Part shown: positions 62,936-64,000 of the stretch, piece by piece
Layout of the letters: each line of letters begins with the position of its first letter
How positions within the stretch are numbered: position 1 is the stretch's first letter
Program-made: the position numbers and the translations under genes
Notes under the pieces: model-generated
The model's input: only the letters and a program-made list of their open reading frames with translations
Database searches by the model: none
What the model was told of the DNA's origin: nothing
Source of the DNA: an uncultured Acidimicrobiia bacterium
GTDB taxonomy: Bacteria > Acidobacteriota > Terriglobia > Versatilivoradales > Versatilivoraceae
Assembly (NCBI GenBank): GCA_963810905.1
Contig: CAWEPG010000002.1
Coordinates: forward strand, 98,984-162,983
Reading direction: 5' to 3'
Length of the DNA stretch: 64,000 nucleotides

Positions 62936-63880
62936 ATGACTAGAAATTCGTCTGGAAGTGACCGTAAGAGAGAGCGTGGTGCAATTCTTTATTTGGTTGC
63001 AGCAAGCCTATTTGTATTGATTGGATTTCTAGGTCTCGCTATCGATTTAGGACACATGTACAACAACAAGGGCCAGCTTCAAAATATGGCGGACGCCGGC
63101 GCCCTTTCCGGAGCAACGGCGTTGAATGGCACATCTGCTGGCATTCAGCTGGCGGTGGATCGAGCTAGAGATTTGAATAGCCGCCTCAATAACAAGACCG
63201 AGTTCAATACTCAAAACATTACCATGGCGGAAGCTAATATTACATTTTCCGATCAACTCAACGGCACCTACGTGGATAAGGCCACTGCGCAAGGCAATGC
63301 AGCAAACATAAGATTCGTAAGAGTAGTGATTCCACCACAACAAACCGATATTGTCTTTGCAAAGTTGGTTCCGGGAATTCCTGCCTTCTTAAACTTTGGG
63401 GCGGAGGCTGTTGCCGGCCAGTCTCCTCAGACTCTTGCATCCAGCCCGCAATCCCGGGTTTGTAACGGGCTCGACCCTTTCAGTCCTCAAGCACTCGATC
63501 CTAGCGATCTCAATAATTTCGGATACTCAGGTTGGTTCCTTTTACTCAATGAGGCTGTCACCAGGAGACAGTCGACAATACCTGTGACAGACCTTGGTTA
63601 CACAAACAGTCTTACAGGTAATTTTGGTTTTGCTGACCCTAATGGTTGTGGCAATGGTATGCCATGTCTTGAAGACTCTATTATTAATGGCTCTAAAAAC
63701 AATTGCGTTTCAATTGGCCCCACTCTCCCGAATGTTTGTGGAAAAGCGGGAAAACCCGTTCCTGTGGCTCTGCAGACGAGATTTGACCAAGACAGCGTCA
63801 CAACCGATCCTTTACCGTACAGCCAGTACATCACTTTGACTACAAATTATAGGAGGATCATACGTGACCTCAATTCATGA
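62936..63880 (+). CDS. TadG-like pilus-associated protein (probably continues beyond 63880 through indels)
   Basis: RERGAILYLVAASLFVLIGFLGLAIDLGHMY...LQNMADAGALSGA pseudopilin-like N-terminus. Confidence 0.8.
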   Translation: MTRNSSGSDRKRERGAILYLVAASLFVLIGFLGLAIDLGHMYNNKGQLQNMADAGALSGATALNGTSAGIQLAVDRARDLNSRLNNKTEFNTQNITMAEANITFSDQLNGTYVDKATAQGNAANIRFVRVVIPPQQTDIVFAKLVPGIPAFLNFGAEAVAGQSPQTLASSPQSRVCNGLDPFSPQALDPSDLNNFGYSGWFLLLNEAVTRRQSTIPVTDLGYTNSLTGNFGFADPNGCGNGMPCLEDSIINGSKNNCVSIGPTLPNVCGKAGKPVPVALQTRFDQDSVTTDPLPYSQYITLTTNYRRIIRDLNS

Positions 63881-64000
63881 CGCGTACACTCCAACTGGCT
63901 GTCAGCGATGATTATAATATAATTGGCTTTGGTTGTTACTACATGGTACAGAGGCCTCTAATTGATCCATCGGCAGGCGCCGGGCCGTCAGCGGCGATTT

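Overview
Bacterial chromosomal window, probably Acidobacteriota (inferred from gene content and protein style, not tested). From left to right it holds: (1) the 5' part of a Tad/Flp pilus locus (flp, cpaA, cpaB, cpaC, partial cpaE) with a NarL/HisKA_3 two-component system. (2) A co-oriented block of five GT-C-type membrane glycosyltransferases plus a YkgJ/FliB-like Cys-cluster protein. (3) A sugar-tailoring cassette (GNAT, DegT aminotransferase, two methyltransferases, Dpm1-like GT2). (4) An operon of a prenyltransferase-repeat protein, a Tat-signal DUF362 protein and a membrane spermidine-synthase-like protein, with a second paralog of the latter 10 kb away. (5) An RsbW/RsbV-like pair, lpxL-like and lpxB genes, a degenerate M1 peptidase and an Smr protein. 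(6) A housekeeping block: ilvD, mdh, icd, ROK kinase, lepA, POT transporter, cmk, rho, yihA, lon, clpX, clpP, tig, tRNA-Leu. (7) A YetA/PcRGLX-like protein, an orphan FlgM-like gene, a DUF692 (MNIO) RiPP cluster with a 12-Cys repeat precursor, and a TadG-like gene at the right edge. Several genes, including lon, clpX, clpP and tig, carry single-base indels that look like assembly errors. No CRISPR array, rRNA or mobile element was seen. All family assignments come from motif recognition by eye; no searches were run.
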